Source of the DNA: an uncultured Veillonella sp.
Lineage (GTDB): Bacteria; Bacillota; Negativicutes; Veillonellales; Veillonellaceae
DNA: 64,000 bases
Reading direction: 5' to 3'
Assembly (NCBI RefSeq): GCF_934230905.1
Contig: NZ_CAKQFJ010000006.1
Coordinates: forward strand, 8,813-72,812
In this document: in pieces, positions 30,120-40,634 of the stretch
Position numbering within the stretch: the first letter of the stretch is position 1
Layout: every line of letters begins with the position of its first letter
Translations under genes and position numbers: made by a program
The notes under the pieces: generated by a model
Database searches by the model: none
The model's input: only the letters and a program-made list of their open reading frames with translations
Told to the model about the DNA's origin: nothing

Positions 30120-31239
30120 TCCCGATTATATTAATATAGCCCTTAGAATGAACCTTTTCAATCATACGTTTCATTTCTAAGTCTAATAGAATGCTTTGTA
30201 GTCGTTGTAATGGAATATGTGTATATTTGATTAAATCCGCTACACTAATACAATGATCTGTAGGAATATGATTCAATACCACCTTCCATTCCATATTAAA
30301 GCTTAACATATCGGACCCTTGCGTATCAACTACACGAGGTGTTAGGTCATAATCATCAATCAAATCTTGTGCTTTAGTCAATACATTGGCACCTTGACGT
30401 ATAAGCCAATGATTTCCTTCCGCGACATTACTCAAAATACTTCCAGGGACAACATAAATTTCTCTGCCCTCATTGGCGGCCATATCTGCCGTTATTAAAG
30501 ATCCACTACTAGCTTTCGCTTCTATCACGATAATAACTGATGAAAGACCACTAATGATACGGTTTCTTGCAGGAAAATGTACGCTTGAAGGTGGTGTACC
30601 CGGCGGATACTCTGATAACAACAAACCATTATTTGCAAGTACTCTATCAAATAGCCTTTTATTTTCCGGAGGATATACAATATCTAACCCACAGCCCATG
30701 ACAACAATTACTTGCCCTTTACCAGCTAAAGTACCTTCGTGGCTGTGACTATCAATACCTCTTGCGCCTCCACTGACTATTGCCACATTATAAGCCGCTA
30801 ATTCTTTACCTAAACGCAATGCTACATTACGTCCATAATCTGAACATTTACGAGCCCCTACCATGGCAATTTTCATTGTCTCGTCCTCTAATAGAGATAT
30901 ATTACCTCGTACAAATATAACCGCTGGAGGATTATATATTTCTTGCAATCGTCCTGGGAATAAAACATCAAGGTATGTAATATATTGTATATGACAATTT
31001 TGAAGAGCTTTATAAAGATTTTGTAACCGCTCATTTGTTGCTTCTTTTTCAATCTGCTTATATTTAGTAGAAGGAATTCCCAGTATAGATTTTAAATTTT
31101 TTCGTGTTTGTAATGCACACCAAGCCTCATAGGGACCTCCAAAATTATCTACTAAATCACGTATAGTAGCTGCGCCTAGTGAGGTAATACTTTGCATAGC
31201 CGCTATATAAAAATTACTTTCATACTGTTGCTCCATCAT
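30100..31239 (-). CDS. dprA: DNA processing protein DprA (Smf)
   Basis: 379 aa with a Rossmann-like DprA core (…VVSGGARGIDSHSHEGTLAGKGQVIVVMGCGLDIVYPPEN…) plus a C-terminal winged-helix-like domain. Confidence 0.85.
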   Translation of the reverse strand: MMEQQYESNFYIAAMQSITSLGAATIRDLVDNFGGPYEAWCALQTRKNLKSILGIPSTKYKQIEKEATNERLQNLYKALQNCHIQYITYLDVLFPGRLQEIYNPPAVIFVRGNISLLEDETMKIAMVGARKCSDYGRNVALRLGKELAAYNVAIVSGGARGIDSHSHEGTLAGKGQVIVVMGCGLDIVYPPENKRLFDRVLANNGLLLSEYPPGTPPSSVHFPARNRIISGLSSVIIVIEAKASSGSLITADMAANEGREIYVVPGSILSNVAEGNHWLIRQGANVLTKAQDLIDDYDLTPRVVDTQGSDMLSFNMEWKVVLNHIPTDHCISVADLIKYTHIPLQRLQSILLDLEMKRMIEKVHSKGYINIIGSDILVH

Positions 31240-32815
31240 AATCTCCTATTCTCGACATATGAAATGGCGTATATCGATATAACATAGCTTCTGAAATATG
31301 TTCTTTTTCTACATAAAATGAACCCTCCATATCTGCTATGGTTCTACTAACCTTAAGCAATCTATCAAAGGTACGGCCTGTAAAATAAAATCTTTCATAT
31401 ACATCACTCAGTAAACTCCAACATTCATCACGTATATTACAAAGCTCACGAATAGCACGATGTGGCATAGCTCCATTTGTTTTAAATGAACATTCTTTAA
31501 AACGTTCTAATTGCACAGTGCGCCCCAATTCAACTAATACTTTCATATCAGCACTACTTAAAGACTCCGAATGTATGTATAACATATCATCAAAACTAGG
31601 CCGCTCCACAGAAATGAATAAATCAATACGATCTAATATGGGGCCAGATATTTTATTCTGGTATTTCATTAATTCTGTCGATGAGCACACACACTCTTTA
31701 TTCATATCACCATAATAACCACATGGACATGGATTAGCAGCCAATACACATATAAAATTAGCAGGATACTCGTAACTATTTTGCAATCGATTTACAGTTA
31801 TCATATGAGATTCTAAAGGTTGTCTTAAGGCATCCAGTACGAAACGTGGAAATTCAGGGGCTTCATCCATGAATAGTACACCATTGTGAGCTAATGTAAT
31901 TTCTCCAGGTTTTGCATTACTTCCACCACCAATTATGCTAGATAAAGTAGCCGTATGATGCGGACATCTAACAGGTCGTTGATGAATAAGCGTATTTTTC
32001 TCTAATAGACCAGCTACATCATGAATACGTGTCGTCTCAAGCTGTTCTTCCCAACTCATGTCAGGCAAAATAGTAGGTAATCGCTCTGCTAACATAGTTT
32101 TACCTGCTCCCGGAGAACCTGTCATCATTACATGATGGACACCAGTTGCAGCTATAATCATAGCTCTCTTAGCTAATTCTTGACCTTGTACATCTTTATA
32201 ATCCATACTAGGATATATTTGATTATCTTTTTGACATTCATTTGTAGAATTAGTACCTTCTTCAGGCTGTATCACTGTTCTAACAATTTCCGTTAACGTT
32301 TTAGCTCCATGAGATGTAATATTTCTCATATGATGAAGTAACGATGTATTATCTAAACTAGTAAAAATAGTTTGAATCTTTTCATCACAAGCTTTTATTG
32401 CCATACTAAGAATGCCTTGCGTTTTTTTTAGATTACCATCTAAAGATAATTCACCTATAAATAAAGATGATTGTAATACTGTGGCTAGTTTTGCTTTTCG
32501 TAACTTGATTTGACCAGATGCGGCTAAGACACCTATTGCTATGGGTAAATCTAAACCAGAGCTACTTTTTCGTACCTCTGCAGGCCCCAAATTAACAACA
32601 ATACGTCGCATAGGAAAATCGAAACCGCTATTTTTTATAGCCGCTCGTACACGCTCACGAGATTCTTTAACCGCTTGATTTGGCAATCCAACAATATCAA
32701 AAACAGGTAATCCCTGTGAGATATCTACTTCTACAGTTACTACGACGCCATCTAAACCATCTATAGTAGCACCAAACACTTTTGCATACATAATCGTGCC
32801 TCCTACATAAAGCAT
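31220..32815 (-). CDS. comM: YifB/ComM family Mg-chelatase-like AAA+ ATPase
   Basis: N-terminal Lon-like domain, Walker A (MTGSPGAGKTMLAERL), Walker B (VLFMDEAPEF) and a C-terminal ChlI domain. Confidence 0.85.
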   Translation of the reverse strand: MLYVGGTIMYAKVFGATIDGLDGVVVTVEVDISQGLPVFDIVGLPNQAVKESRERVRAAIKNSGFDFPMRRIVVNLGPAEVRKSSSGLDLPIAIGVLAASGQIKLRKAKLATVLQSSLFIGELSLDGNLKKTQGILSMAIKACDEKIQTIFTSLDNTSLLHHMRNITSHGAKTLTEIVRTVIQPEEGTNSTNECQKDNQIYPSMDYKDVQGQELAKRAMIIAATGVHHVMMTGSPGAGKTMLAERLPTILPDMSWEEQLETTRIHDVAGLLEKNTLIHQRPVRCPHHTATLSSIIGGGSNAKPGEITLAHNGVLFMDEAPEFPRFVLDALRQPLESHMITVNRLQNSYEYPANFICVLAANPCPCGYYGDMNKECVCSSTELMKYQNKISGPILDRIDLFISVERPSFDDMLYIHSESLSSADMKVLVELGRTVQLERFKECSFKTNGAMPHRAIRELCNIRDECWSLLSDVYERFYFTGRTFDRLLKVSRTIADMEGSFYVEKEHISEAMLYRYTPFHMSRIGDYDGATV

Positions 32816-33204
32816 TGGGGCATATAGTGTATTGTAGCTTTAAGATCTTCATGCACATATACCTCCACTACATCAAAAGACAATTCTCTCCATTTACGAT
32901 TCTGGGAACGTAAATCACGAATAAAATACATAGCAGCTTGTTTAATATGCTTTTGTTTACGTTTTGATACAGCTTCACGAGGTAATCCATGGGTGATACC
33001 ACGACGTGCCTTTATTTCAATAAAATGATAGGTCAGCCCATGTTTGGCAATAATATCTATTTCACCTACCTTTGTTTTATAATTAGTGGTAATAATCTTT
33101 AAACCTTGTTGCTCAATGTAATGGCGAGCAATATTTTCTCCCCAATCTCCTAAGGCTTTTGCATCTAATAGATTACACGGATGTGTTTGATTACTTGTAT
33201 TCAT
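32803..33204 (-). CDS. yraN: YraN/UPF0102 family endonuclease-like protein
   Basis: 133 aa matching UPF0102 (…RHYIEQQGLKIITTNYKTKVGEIDIIAKHG…HFIEIKARR…). Confidence 0.8.
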   Translation of the reverse strand: MNTSNQTHPCNLLDAKALGDWGENIARHYIEQQGLKIITTNYKTKVGEIDIIAKHGLTYHFIEIKARRGITHGLPREAVSKRKQKHIKQAAMYFIRDLRSQNRKWRELSFDVVEVYVHEDLKATIHYMPQCFM

Positions 33205-33276
33205 AGTGACCTCCTTATGTATATAGATACTTTCGAATACTTATATATACAACATAAGACGGTCACACCTTTACTG

Positions 33277-33325
33277 TAAATAGAAAAGAGGTTCCTAATA
33301 GTCACCTAGGTGACCAATAGGAACC
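33277..33325. terminator. about 48-nt near-perfect palindrome (23-bp stem) between rnhB and yraN
   Basis: AAAGAGGTTCCTAATAGTCACCT|AGGTGACCAATAGGAACCTCTTT centred on CCTAGG, followed by T-rich sequence. Confidence 0.55.
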
Positions 33326-33376
33326 TCTTTTCCTTTAATTTTTCATCTTTATTTCACAGTATAAAAACCCATGTAT

Positions 33377-34177
33377 TTACTTGTCTTCTCGATGCCATCC
33401 AACAATTGACTTAACGGGTTCAAAACTCTTTCTGTGCAAAGGTGTAACACCTTGCTGCTCAACAGCCTCTTTGTGGAGTTCTGTATAATATCCCTTATGT
33501 ATGCCAAAACCATAACCAGGATATTCTTCATCCAGGCTTTTCATATATCGATCCCGTGTAACTTTCGCAATAATAGATGCCGCTGCAATATTAGCACTTT
33601 TACTATCACCTTTGATAATAGATTCAACAGGTATCGTTAAATCAGGTAATTTCATGGCATCAACTACAACCGCCTCTGCAGGTACATCCAGAGTGCGAAT
33701 AGCCTCATACATCGCTTGTCGTGTAGCCTCATAAATATTAAGCTCATCGATTTTTTCCGGACCATAGGAGATACAGCTGACCGCTACTGCTTCATCCATG
33801 ATGATATCATACAATGCTTCACGTTTCTCTTCAGTTAACTTTTTAGAATCATTAAGGCCTGGAATTAATGTCATAGGCGGTAAAATAACGGCAGCCACCG
33901 TAACTGGACCTGCAATAGGACCTCGCCCTACCTCATCGACACCAGCCACATGATATAGCCCTTCATCGTAGAATATACCTTCATAATCGTACATGCTCAT
34001 CAAGCGTTGTTGTTCTTTTAGCTCTTTTTCTTGACGTTTAATATAAGAAGCCGCTAATTTCTGAACGGAACTACGAGTATCATCTTGTGCTAATGGTAGA
34101 ATTTCCAAAGCTTGTTCTGTTTCAAAAAGTGCCTTAATATCGGCTACCTTTAACTTAGTGAATGTTTCCTTATCCAT
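33377..34177 (-). CDS. rnhB: ribonuclease HII
   Basis: RNase HII catalytic core (HVAGVDEVGRGPIAGPVTVAAV…DSKKL…) with an about 60-aa N-terminal extension. The start is at about 34177 (MDKETF), with a GGTGAGGA 8 nt upstream and a 4-nt overlap with rbgA. Confidence 0.85.
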   Translation of the reverse strand: MDKETFTKLKVADIKALFETEQALEILPLAQDDTRSSVQKLAASYIKRQEKELKEQQRLMSMYDYEGIFYDEGLYHVAGVDEVGRGPIAGPVTVAAVILPPMTLIPGLNDSKKLTEEKREALYDIIMDEAVAVSCISYGPEKIDELNIYEATRQAMYEAIRTLDVPAEAVVVDAMKLPDLTIPVESIIKGDSKSANIAAASIIAKVTRDRYMKSLDEEYPGYGFGIHKGYYTELHKEAVEQQGVTPLHRKSFEPVKSIVGWHREDK

Positions 34178-35075
34178 TATGTGCATCCTCACCATCTTCA
34201 GGATAATAAGGCTCTTCATTAACTTGGTCTAGCGTAATTGTACCAAGCTTTGTATTGCGATAGTCTTGCAAAATAATGCGACGTGCCTTATCAAGATCGA
34301 CAACACCACCGCTGACAAGACAGCCACGACGACGACCAATGCTTTCAAGAATTGTATCCACATCGGCCATCTCTTCTTCTTTTAATTTGTAGCGTTCAAT
34401 CAAGATATTAGGTGTATTCGTCAATAGATGGTTTAACAATTGCTTAATTACGTGCTCTAAATCATATACATCATCAGAAATGGCACCTGTCATAGCAAGA
34501 CGTGCAGCAGCCCGTTGGTCCTCTAATTTAGGCCATAATACGCCTGGCGTATCAAGCAATTCCATATTCTTACCAATTTTAACCCATTGCTGACCACGGG
34601 TGTGACCTGCCTTGTTAGCCGTACGGGTTGCTGCAGAACCAGCCAATGAATTAATCAATGTAGATTTCCCTACATTAGGAATACCTAAGATGATGGTACG
34701 TATGGATCGGCTACGAATCCCCTTTGCTACCCAACGGTCAATGATAGGTTTGCTGAGACGTTCTACGGTAGATACTAATTTTTTATTACCCTTCCCAGAT
34801 TTGGAATCGATGGCTAATACGGTAATCCCTTGTTGCGTAAAGAATTCAGTCCATTCCTTCGTTGCTTTTGAATCTGCTAAATCAACCTTATTTAACAATA
34901 CAATATGCGGTTTTTGACCAACTAACTCAAGGATAACCGGATTCGCACTCGAACGGGGAATACGTGCATCTAATAACTCGATAACAACGTCTACCTTTTT
35001 GATATACTCCGTTATCATGCGCGTAGCTTTCGCCATATGCCCAGGGAACCAATGTACAATAGGTGAATCTGCCAT
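34170..35075 (-). CDS. rbgA: ribosome biogenesis GTPase A (YlqF/RbgA)
   Basis: Circularly permuted GTPase (…FPGHMAKA…NKVDLAD…GIPNVGKSTLIN…DTPGV). The start is at about 35075 (MADSPIVHWFPGHM). Confidence 0.85.
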   Translation of the reverse strand: MADSPIVHWFPGHMAKATRMITEYIKKVDVVIELLDARIPRSSANPVILELVGQKPHIVLLNKVDLADSKATKEWTEFFTQQGITVLAIDSKSGKGNKKLVSTVERLSKPIIDRWVAKGIRSRSIRTIILGIPNVGKSTLINSLAGSAATRTANKAGHTRGQQWVKIGKNMELLDTPGVLWPKLEDQRAAARLAMTGAISDDVYDLEHVIKQLLNHLLTNTPNILIERYKLKEEEMADVDTILESIGRRRGCLVSGGVVDLDKARRIILQDYRNTKLGTITLDQVNEEPYYPEDGEDAHNG

Positions 35076-35177
35076 ATAATATCCTTTCCACATACGTTCT
35101 ATCCTTTCAGATAGCAATGTATGTATCTATATTTCATTCGATTATTTATTTGCCTATCTATATTGTAACAAAAATAA

Positions 35178-35202
35178 AAGGCTGCCAACGGCAGCCTTTT
35201 AT
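35178..35202 (-). terminator. terminator after rplS
   Basis: AAAAGGCTGCC-GTTG-GCAGCCTTTT hairpin plus a T-run on the minus strand. Confidence 0.6.
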
Positions 35203-35207
35203 GAACA

Positions 35208-35549
35208 TTAGCGTTTTTCGCGAATACGAGCAGCTTTACCTGTAAGGTTACGTAAGTAGTACAATTTAGCACGACGAACAACACCATGACGCATAACTTC
35301 AATTTTAGCTAAGCGTGGGCTGTGAAGTGGGAATGTACGTTCTACACCTACACCAGATGCAATACGACGAACTGTGAAAGTTTCACGTACGCCACCGTTT
35401 TGACGTTTAATTACCAAGCCTTCGAATACTTGGATACGTTCACGGCTACCTTCCACTACTTTTACGTGTACACGTACTGTGTCACCAGCGCGGAATGTAG
35501 GGATGTCTGTACGAAGTTGTTCTTGTTCGAGTACGTTAATAATGTTCAT
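35208..35549 (-). CDS. rplS: 50S ribosomal protein L19
   Basis: L19 signature (…[34 protein letters not shown]…). The start is at about 35549 with an AGGAGGAAAC RBS. Confidence 0.9.
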   Translation of the reverse strand: MNIINVLEQEQLRTDIPTFRAGDTVRVHVKVVEGSRERIQVFEGLVIKRQNGGVRETFTVRRIASGVGVERTFPLHSPRLAKIEVMRHGVVRRAKLYYLRNLTGKAARIREKR

Positions 35550-35719
35550 TGTTTCCTCCTGTTTGCAGACATTCAATACCTACACCTTATAGGCAGCGGA
35601 CTGTCTCAAATTAACAGTAATATATTATCATAAGTCAATGTACAATGCAAGAACTTAAACACTATGTTTATATAGATTTATATATTTAATGTACTGTAAC
35701 TCTATACACAAAATATGTC

Positions 35720-36091
35720 TTAATCAATGCGACAAATTAAATCATAAAGATCTTGTCTATCTTCAACAGATAAATGTCTAAAACGATGAGCCAATTGCTT
35801 ATCTCTATTCTCCACTAATTTCTGTGCCTCAGCTTTTCCAATATCAGTTAATGTCACAACGGTGGTCCGCTTATCCATTGTATCTATAGTTTTTTTTACA
35901 AATCCCAAATGTATAAGTACATCAAGCTGTTCCGATACAGTAGCAGGTCGAATCTGTAAACTATCCACTAATACACGTTGACTCGTTCCCGTACCAATCG
36001 TATATAATTCCATAAGTAATCTATATCGTGAACCTTCACGTTTAGCCGTCACATTACGGATGGCATTAAACAATTCAACATCTGTAATCAT
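35720..36091 (-). CDS. MarR-family transcriptional regulator
   Basis: 123-aa winged-HTH protein (…YRLLMELYTIGTGTSQRVLVDSLQIRPATVSEQLDVL…). Confidence 0.7.
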   Translation of the reverse strand: MITDVELFNAIRNVTAKREGSRYRLLMELYTIGTGTSQRVLVDSLQIRPATVSEQLDVLIHLGFVKKTIDTMDKRTTVVTLTDIGKAEAQKLVENRDKQLAHRFRHLSVEDRQDLYDLICRID

Positions 36092-36159
36092 AATGACATC
36101 TCCTTACAACTTTGTATACTTTTATGTATTCGACATGGATGTCAAAAATCCTGCATAAA

Positions 36160-36181
36160 GAAAAGGCAACCGTAGTTGCCC
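36160..36181 (-). terminator. terminator after glyS
   Basis: GGCAAC-TACG-GTTGCC hairpin followed by TTTTCTTTAT on the minus strand. Confidence 0.5.
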
Positions 36182-36238
36182 TTCCTCAGTTTCACATAAT
36201 TAAGACAAATATAACTTCCTAATTATATAAAATATATA

Positions 36239-38290
36239 TTATTTTAATGCACTAATATCGCCAATAATAGCCATTACGCTATATGCCAACCGAACAAGTT
36301 GTAAACGGTTAGCTTTAATAGCTTCGTCTTTGTCCATGACCATAACATCTTCAAAGAATTTGTTGATTACAGGCACCAATGTAGCAGGTACTGCTACAAC
36401 AGCGTCATAGTCGTTGTTATCCCATGCATCGATACTTGCTTCGGATGCTTTCGTAGCCGCTTCATACAAGGCGCGTTCTGCATCTTCTTTTAATAGACTT
36501 TCATCAACACCGGTATATGTTACATCTTTCACAAGATTATACATACGTGTGAAAGCTTGCACTAATTCAACATTTTCATCAATGCGGTTAGCCAAGAGAG
36601 CTTTCACAAGGCCTTCAGCATCAGCAACGGACAATTCATTGTTAGATAACAATAAATCGATTACATGATGAGGCACTTCACGGTCAAGGAAGATATTTTT
36701 TAAACGCAATGTAATGAACTCTTCTACTTGGCCAAGCAATTCATCTTGTTTATCTGCAGGCACATTAAGAAGATTCATGGATTCCACGATGATTGGGCGC
36801 AAGGAAATATTCCATTCGCTGTTGAGCAAGATGTTCAAGATACCAATTGTTTGGCGACGCAATGCATATGGATCTTGAGAACCTGTCGGAATCAAGCCAC
36901 GGCTAAATGTAGCAACAATGTTATCGATTTTGTCGATAATGGACAACACCTTACCAGCTTCTGTTTGAGGCAATACATCACCTGCAAAACGTGGCAAGTA
37001 TTGTTCAAAAATAGCTTCCGCCACTTCTGGGGATTCACCGTCAAGTAATGCGTATTCTTTACCCATTACACCTTGTAATTCGGTAAATTCTGTAACCATA
37101 CCTGTAGTGAGGTCAGTTTTGGCAAGTTCAGTAGCACGTTCCAATACGAAGCGCGCATCTTCGTGTAATTCACATTCTTCACTAAATACACGGCCTAATG
37201 TTAACAAACGTTCTGTTTTGTCAGCCAAGTTGCCAAGACCTTCTTGGAACACGATTTTTGTCAAACCATCTTGACGGTCGATAAGAGCTTTCTTACGGTC
37301 TTCATTAAAGAAGAATTTAGCATCATCAAGACGAGCACGCAATACGCGTTCATTACCAGCTTGCACTACTTCGATGGAATGGTCGGAGCCGTTACGAACT
37401 GTCAAGAACATTGGCAACAATTTACCGTCTTGATTAACCAATGGGAAATAACGTTGATGGTCTTTCATAGGTGTAATGATAGCAGCATCTGAAAGTGCCA
37501 AGTAAGATTCTTCAAAGCCACCACACAATGCTGTAGGCCATTCAACAAGATAGTTGATTTCTTCTAACAAATCATCATCCCAAACGATGGATGCCTTTTT
37601 AGAAGCTGCAATATCATGTAATTGTTTAGAAATCAATTCACGACGTGCGTCTTGATCAACCATAACAAAGTTTTCTTTTAATGTGTCTACATAGGATGCT
37701 GAATTTTTGATAGTAATTTCATCAGCACCTAAGAAACGATGACCACGTGTTACATTACCAGATTTAACGGTAGCAAATTCTACAGGAATGACTTCTTCAT
37801 CAAGTAATGCTACAAGCCAACGTACAGGACGTACGAACTTAGCATCTAAATTGCCCCAATGCATGGATTTAGGGAAGTTAAGACCTGTAATCAATTGTGG
37901 CAACATATCAGTTACAATATCTTTTGCAGGTACGCCTGCCGTTTTAGTTTCAGCGTAAATATAGCCGTCTTCTACAACGAGATCAGCTACATCTAGACCT
38001 TTACCACGAGCAAAACCGATAGCTGCTTTTGTAGGATTGCCATCAGCATCATATGCAATAGACGCGGAAGGACCTTTGTGACGTTCGCTGATTTCAGCAG
38101 ATGTGTCAGCAAGACCTTTCACGATAAGAGCCAACCGACGTGGTGTGCCGTATGTTGCGATGCTTTCAAAAGGAAGATGGGCATCATTTAATTTTGTTTC
38201 AGCCAATTGTTTCAATTGACCTAAGATATTTGGCATAAAGCCGGCAGGAATTTCTTCTGCACCGATTTCAAATAATAAATCCTTTGCCAT
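36239..38290 (-). CDS. glyS: glycine--tRNA ligase beta subunit
   Basis: 683-aa GlyS (tetrameric α2β2 type), directly downstream of glyQ with a 1-nt spacer. Confidence 0.95.
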   Translation of the reverse strand: MAKDLLFEIGAEEIPAGFMPNILGQLKQLAETKLNDAHLPFESIATYGTPRRLALIVKGLADTSAEISERHKGPSASIAYDADGNPTKAAIGFARGKGLDVADLVVEDGYIYAETKTAGVPAKDIVTDMLPQLITGLNFPKSMHWGNLDAKFVRPVRWLVALLDEEVIPVEFATVKSGNVTRGHRFLGADEITIKNSASYVDTLKENFVMVDQDARRELISKQLHDIAASKKASIVWDDDLLEEINYLVEWPTALCGGFEESYLALSDAAIITPMKDHQRYFPLVNQDGKLLPMFLTVRNGSDHSIEVVQAGNERVLRARLDDAKFFFNEDRKKALIDRQDGLTKIVFQEGLGNLADKTERLLTLGRVFSEECELHEDARFVLERATELAKTDLTTGMVTEFTELQGVMGKEYALLDGESPEVAEAIFEQYLPRFAGDVLPQTEAGKVLSIIDKIDNIVATFSRGLIPTGSQDPYALRRQTIGILNILLNSEWNISLRPIIVESMNLLNVPADKQDELLGQVEEFITLRLKNIFLDREVPHHVIDLLLSNNELSVADAEGLVKALLANRIDENVELVQAFTRMYNLVKDVTYTGVDESLLKEDAERALYEAATKASEASIDAWDNNDYDAVVAVPATLVPVINKFFEDVMVMDKDEAIKANRLQLVRLAYSVMAIIGDISALK

Positions 38291-38291
38291 C

Positions 38292-39167
38292 TTATTTATC
38301 TCCTTTCAAAAGTGGGAATCCTAATTCTTCACGTTTAGCGAGGTATTGTTGTGCACAAATACGAGCTAGTGCACGTACGCGGCCGATGAAAGCAGTACGT
38401 TCGCTAATGGAAATAGCGCCACGGGAATCAAGCAAGTTGAATGTGTGGGAACATTTCAAAACATAGTCATAGGCTGGTAGTACATAACCGGCACCGCAAA
38501 CGCGTTTTGCTTCTGCTTCGTACATATCAAACAATTTGAAAAGCATATCTGTATCAGCTAATTCAAAATTGTAAACGGATTGTTCAACTTCATTAGCATG
38601 CCAAACGTCACCATATGTAACGTTTTCATTCCATTTAAGGTCATATACGTTTTCTACGCCTTGAATGTACATAGCCAAACGTTCTAAACCGTATGTAATT
38701 TCTACGGAAACTGGTTTACAGTCGATGGAGCCAACTTGTTGGAAATATGTGAACTGCGTTACTTCCATACCGTCGAGCCATACTTCCCAGCCAAGGCCCC
38801 AAGCGCCCAATGTTGGAGATTCCCAGTTATCCTCTACGAAACGGATATCGTGATCTTCAGCGTGAATACCAAGTGTTGCCAAGGATTGTAAGTATAATTC
38901 TTGAATGTTATCTGGTGATGGTTTTACGATAACTTGGAATTGATGATGTTGGAACAAACGGTTAGGATTATCACCATAACGACCATCTGCTGGACGACGA
39001 GAAGGTTCTACATAACATACAGCCCATGGTTCAGGACCAATTGCATGCAAGAATGTAGCAGGATTCATTGTACCTGCACCCTTTTCGATGTCATATGGAT
39101 TTTGAACGATACAACCTTGTTCACTCCAAAACTTTTGTAGATTTAGTATAATCTCTTGAAATGTCAT
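38292..39167 (-). CDS. glyQ: glycine--tRNA ligase alpha subunit
   Basis: Highly conserved GlyQ ([19 protein letters not shown]…). The start is at about 39167 with a GGAGG RBS; the upstream extension in the ORF track is probably spurious. Confidence 0.95.
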   Translation of the reverse strand: MTFQEIILNLQKFWSEQGCIVQNPYDIEKGAGTMNPATFLHAIGPEPWAVCYVEPSRRPADGRYGDNPNRLFQHHQFQVIVKPSPDNIQELYLQSLATLGIHAEDHDIRFVEDNWESPTLGAWGLGWEVWLDGMEVTQFTYFQQVGSIDCKPVSVEITYGLERLAMYIQGVENVYDLKWNENVTYGDVWHANEVEQSVYNFELADTDMLFKLFDMYEAEAKRVCGAGYVLPAYDYVLKCSHTFNLLDSRGAISISERTAFIGRVRALARICAQQYLAKREELGFPLLKGDK

Positions 39168-39224
39168 TGCTGCCTCCACTTTACACAACCGACATAAAAT
39201 CAACCATTTCGTTACAAACAAAAA

Positions 39225-39470
39225 AAGTCCCTGTAACGAAAAACGTTACAGGGACGAGTATACCCGCGGTTCCACCCTATTTGGCTTGCGCCCTCTTTTT
39301 TCTATGTTGGCCTTTACTAACAGATTTCTGCGTTCCTGCCAATGCTCTACAGCGCCTTCAACCAAATGTGAGCTTACACCATCCTCACTCGCTAGAGAGG
39401 TTTACTACTCTGCTTCATCGCATATATTATACACAATATTGTAGCAATACAGAGGGATGAATGTCAATAT
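39225..39470 (-). ncRNA. T-box riboswitch leader (glycine-specific) of glyQS
   Basis: Minus-strand T-box core AATAGGGTGGAACCGCGGG. A terminator (GTCCCTGTAACG-TTTTT-CGTTACAGGGAC plus T6) lies immediately upstream of the glyQ RBS. There is a GGU/GGC-containing specifier region, and the glyQS context is classical. Confidence 0.8.
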
Positions 39471-39501
39471 AGATATAAATTAATGGGTACCAGTAATGCG
39501 G

Positions 39502-39993
39502 TTACTTTACATATAAGGATTTAAGAATCCAAAGAATTATAGAGCCTCCAGCAATCAATCGTTCCCAATTATTCATATCAGCATATAATACAACCCAGAG
39601 GAGTAATATAATATAGATAGCCAACCAAATGTAATCATAAAATGTATAAGAATTAAAAGAAAATCTGAATAAAGTATATTTCCTATTATCTATTTTTATA
39701 ATTCTGTCAATCCATCCAATCACAAACCATATCCAAAAGGAAATTAGAGAGTTTCCTTCACGTATATACCTTCGATAAATAAGTTTAAGAAGTTTTCTGC
39801 GACGAATAATTGGCCATCCAATAATCAAATTAGTAATAGATGAGACTACAAATCCGCCCCATAAAGCATATAATCCATCCACCGGCAATGCTTTTAGTAC
39901 ACTTGAACCCCAACATAATGTGGATATTATAATACCCAACAATCGAAATCTAACTAATCTTAAAAGATTATACTTTATTTTATATACATTCAT
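39502..39993 (-). CDS. hypothetical polytopic membrane protein (island gene; 4–5 TM; weak DUF805-like 'RRR…W' region)
   Basis: 163 aa, very AT-rich codon usage, hydrophobic helices. A 4-nt ATGA overlap with the upstream soluble paralog suggests translational coupling. Confidence 0.5.
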   Translation of the reverse strand: MNVYKIKYNLLRLVRFRLLGIIISTLCWGSSVLKALPVDGLYALWGGFVVSSITNLIIGWPIIRRRKLLKLIYRRYIREGNSLISFWIWFVIGWIDRIIKIDNRKYTLFRFSFNSYTFYDYIWLAIYIILLLWVVLYADMNNWERLIAGGSIILWILKSLYVK

Positions 39994-40634
39994 TTATTTA
40001 TCCTATCCGTAATAGGTATTTCTTTTCTATAAAAGTATCTTAAATCTAAATCTTTATTTATCCAAAATTTAGATATCTGACTTCTAATAAGCCAAAAATC
40101 TTCCTTACAAATTATACCTTTATCAATCAAGCTTAAATTGCCTTGAATGGCATCCCAAGCAATAATATAGTAATCATGACCAGAAATATTAATTCTTATT
40201 GCTATATCAATACTATTTATTTCATCTGAATAAAATGTAGTAAATTCATCATTAACAATACTAATCTGTTCTATGGTTCCATTAATATCATTTGGTACTA
40301 TTTGATGGTAATCTGTATCTTCATTCATTTTAATACAACGTTTTATTTCAAAATTAGGATATTCATCATACTCTTCAGTTTCTATATAATCATTAACAAT
40401 CTCAATGTATGAATCCTTAATTTGTAAATATATCACTACATCATTATTTTCATCTAATTTTTTTTGCCTCCTATCTGGAGAAAATCCAAATAATTTTTGA
40501 GAAAAAATATTATCTACATGTTGATTCATTATACCTGCAAGTATATCTAAACTCTTTTTATTTATATGATTGATCATAATTTCTACTCTACTTCTTGATG
40601 ATATTTGACTCTTTAATATCGTTTTTTTAATCAA
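39990..40634 (-). CDS. hypothetical cytoplasmic protein, paralog A of a two-member family (island)
   Basis: 214 aa, acidic, no TM or signal peptide. About 35–40% identity over about 150 aa to the ORF at 42728–43312 (IYLQ…DYPN…IVNDEF…IDIA…NISG…YY…WD…ISxFWIxK…YFYRKEIxIxDRxN). Confidence 0.6.
   Translation of the reverse strand: MIKKTILKSQISSRSRVEIMINHINKKSLDILAGIMNQHVDNIFSQKLFGFSPDRRQKKLDENNDVVIYLQIKDSYIEIVNDYIETEEYDEYPNFEIKRCIKMNEDTDYHQIVPNDINGTIEQISIVNDEFTTFYSDEINSIDIAIRINISGHDYYIIAWDAIQGNLSLIDKGIICKEDFWLIRSQISKFWINKDLDLRYFYRKEIPITDRINK

Noticed and set aside
33349-33531. 60-aa ORF overlapping the rnhB 3' end and the long palindrome
   Set aside because: It lies in the same region as the terminator palindrome and in a different frame from rnhB. 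It has no RBS, and the coding appearance is explained by the palindrome.
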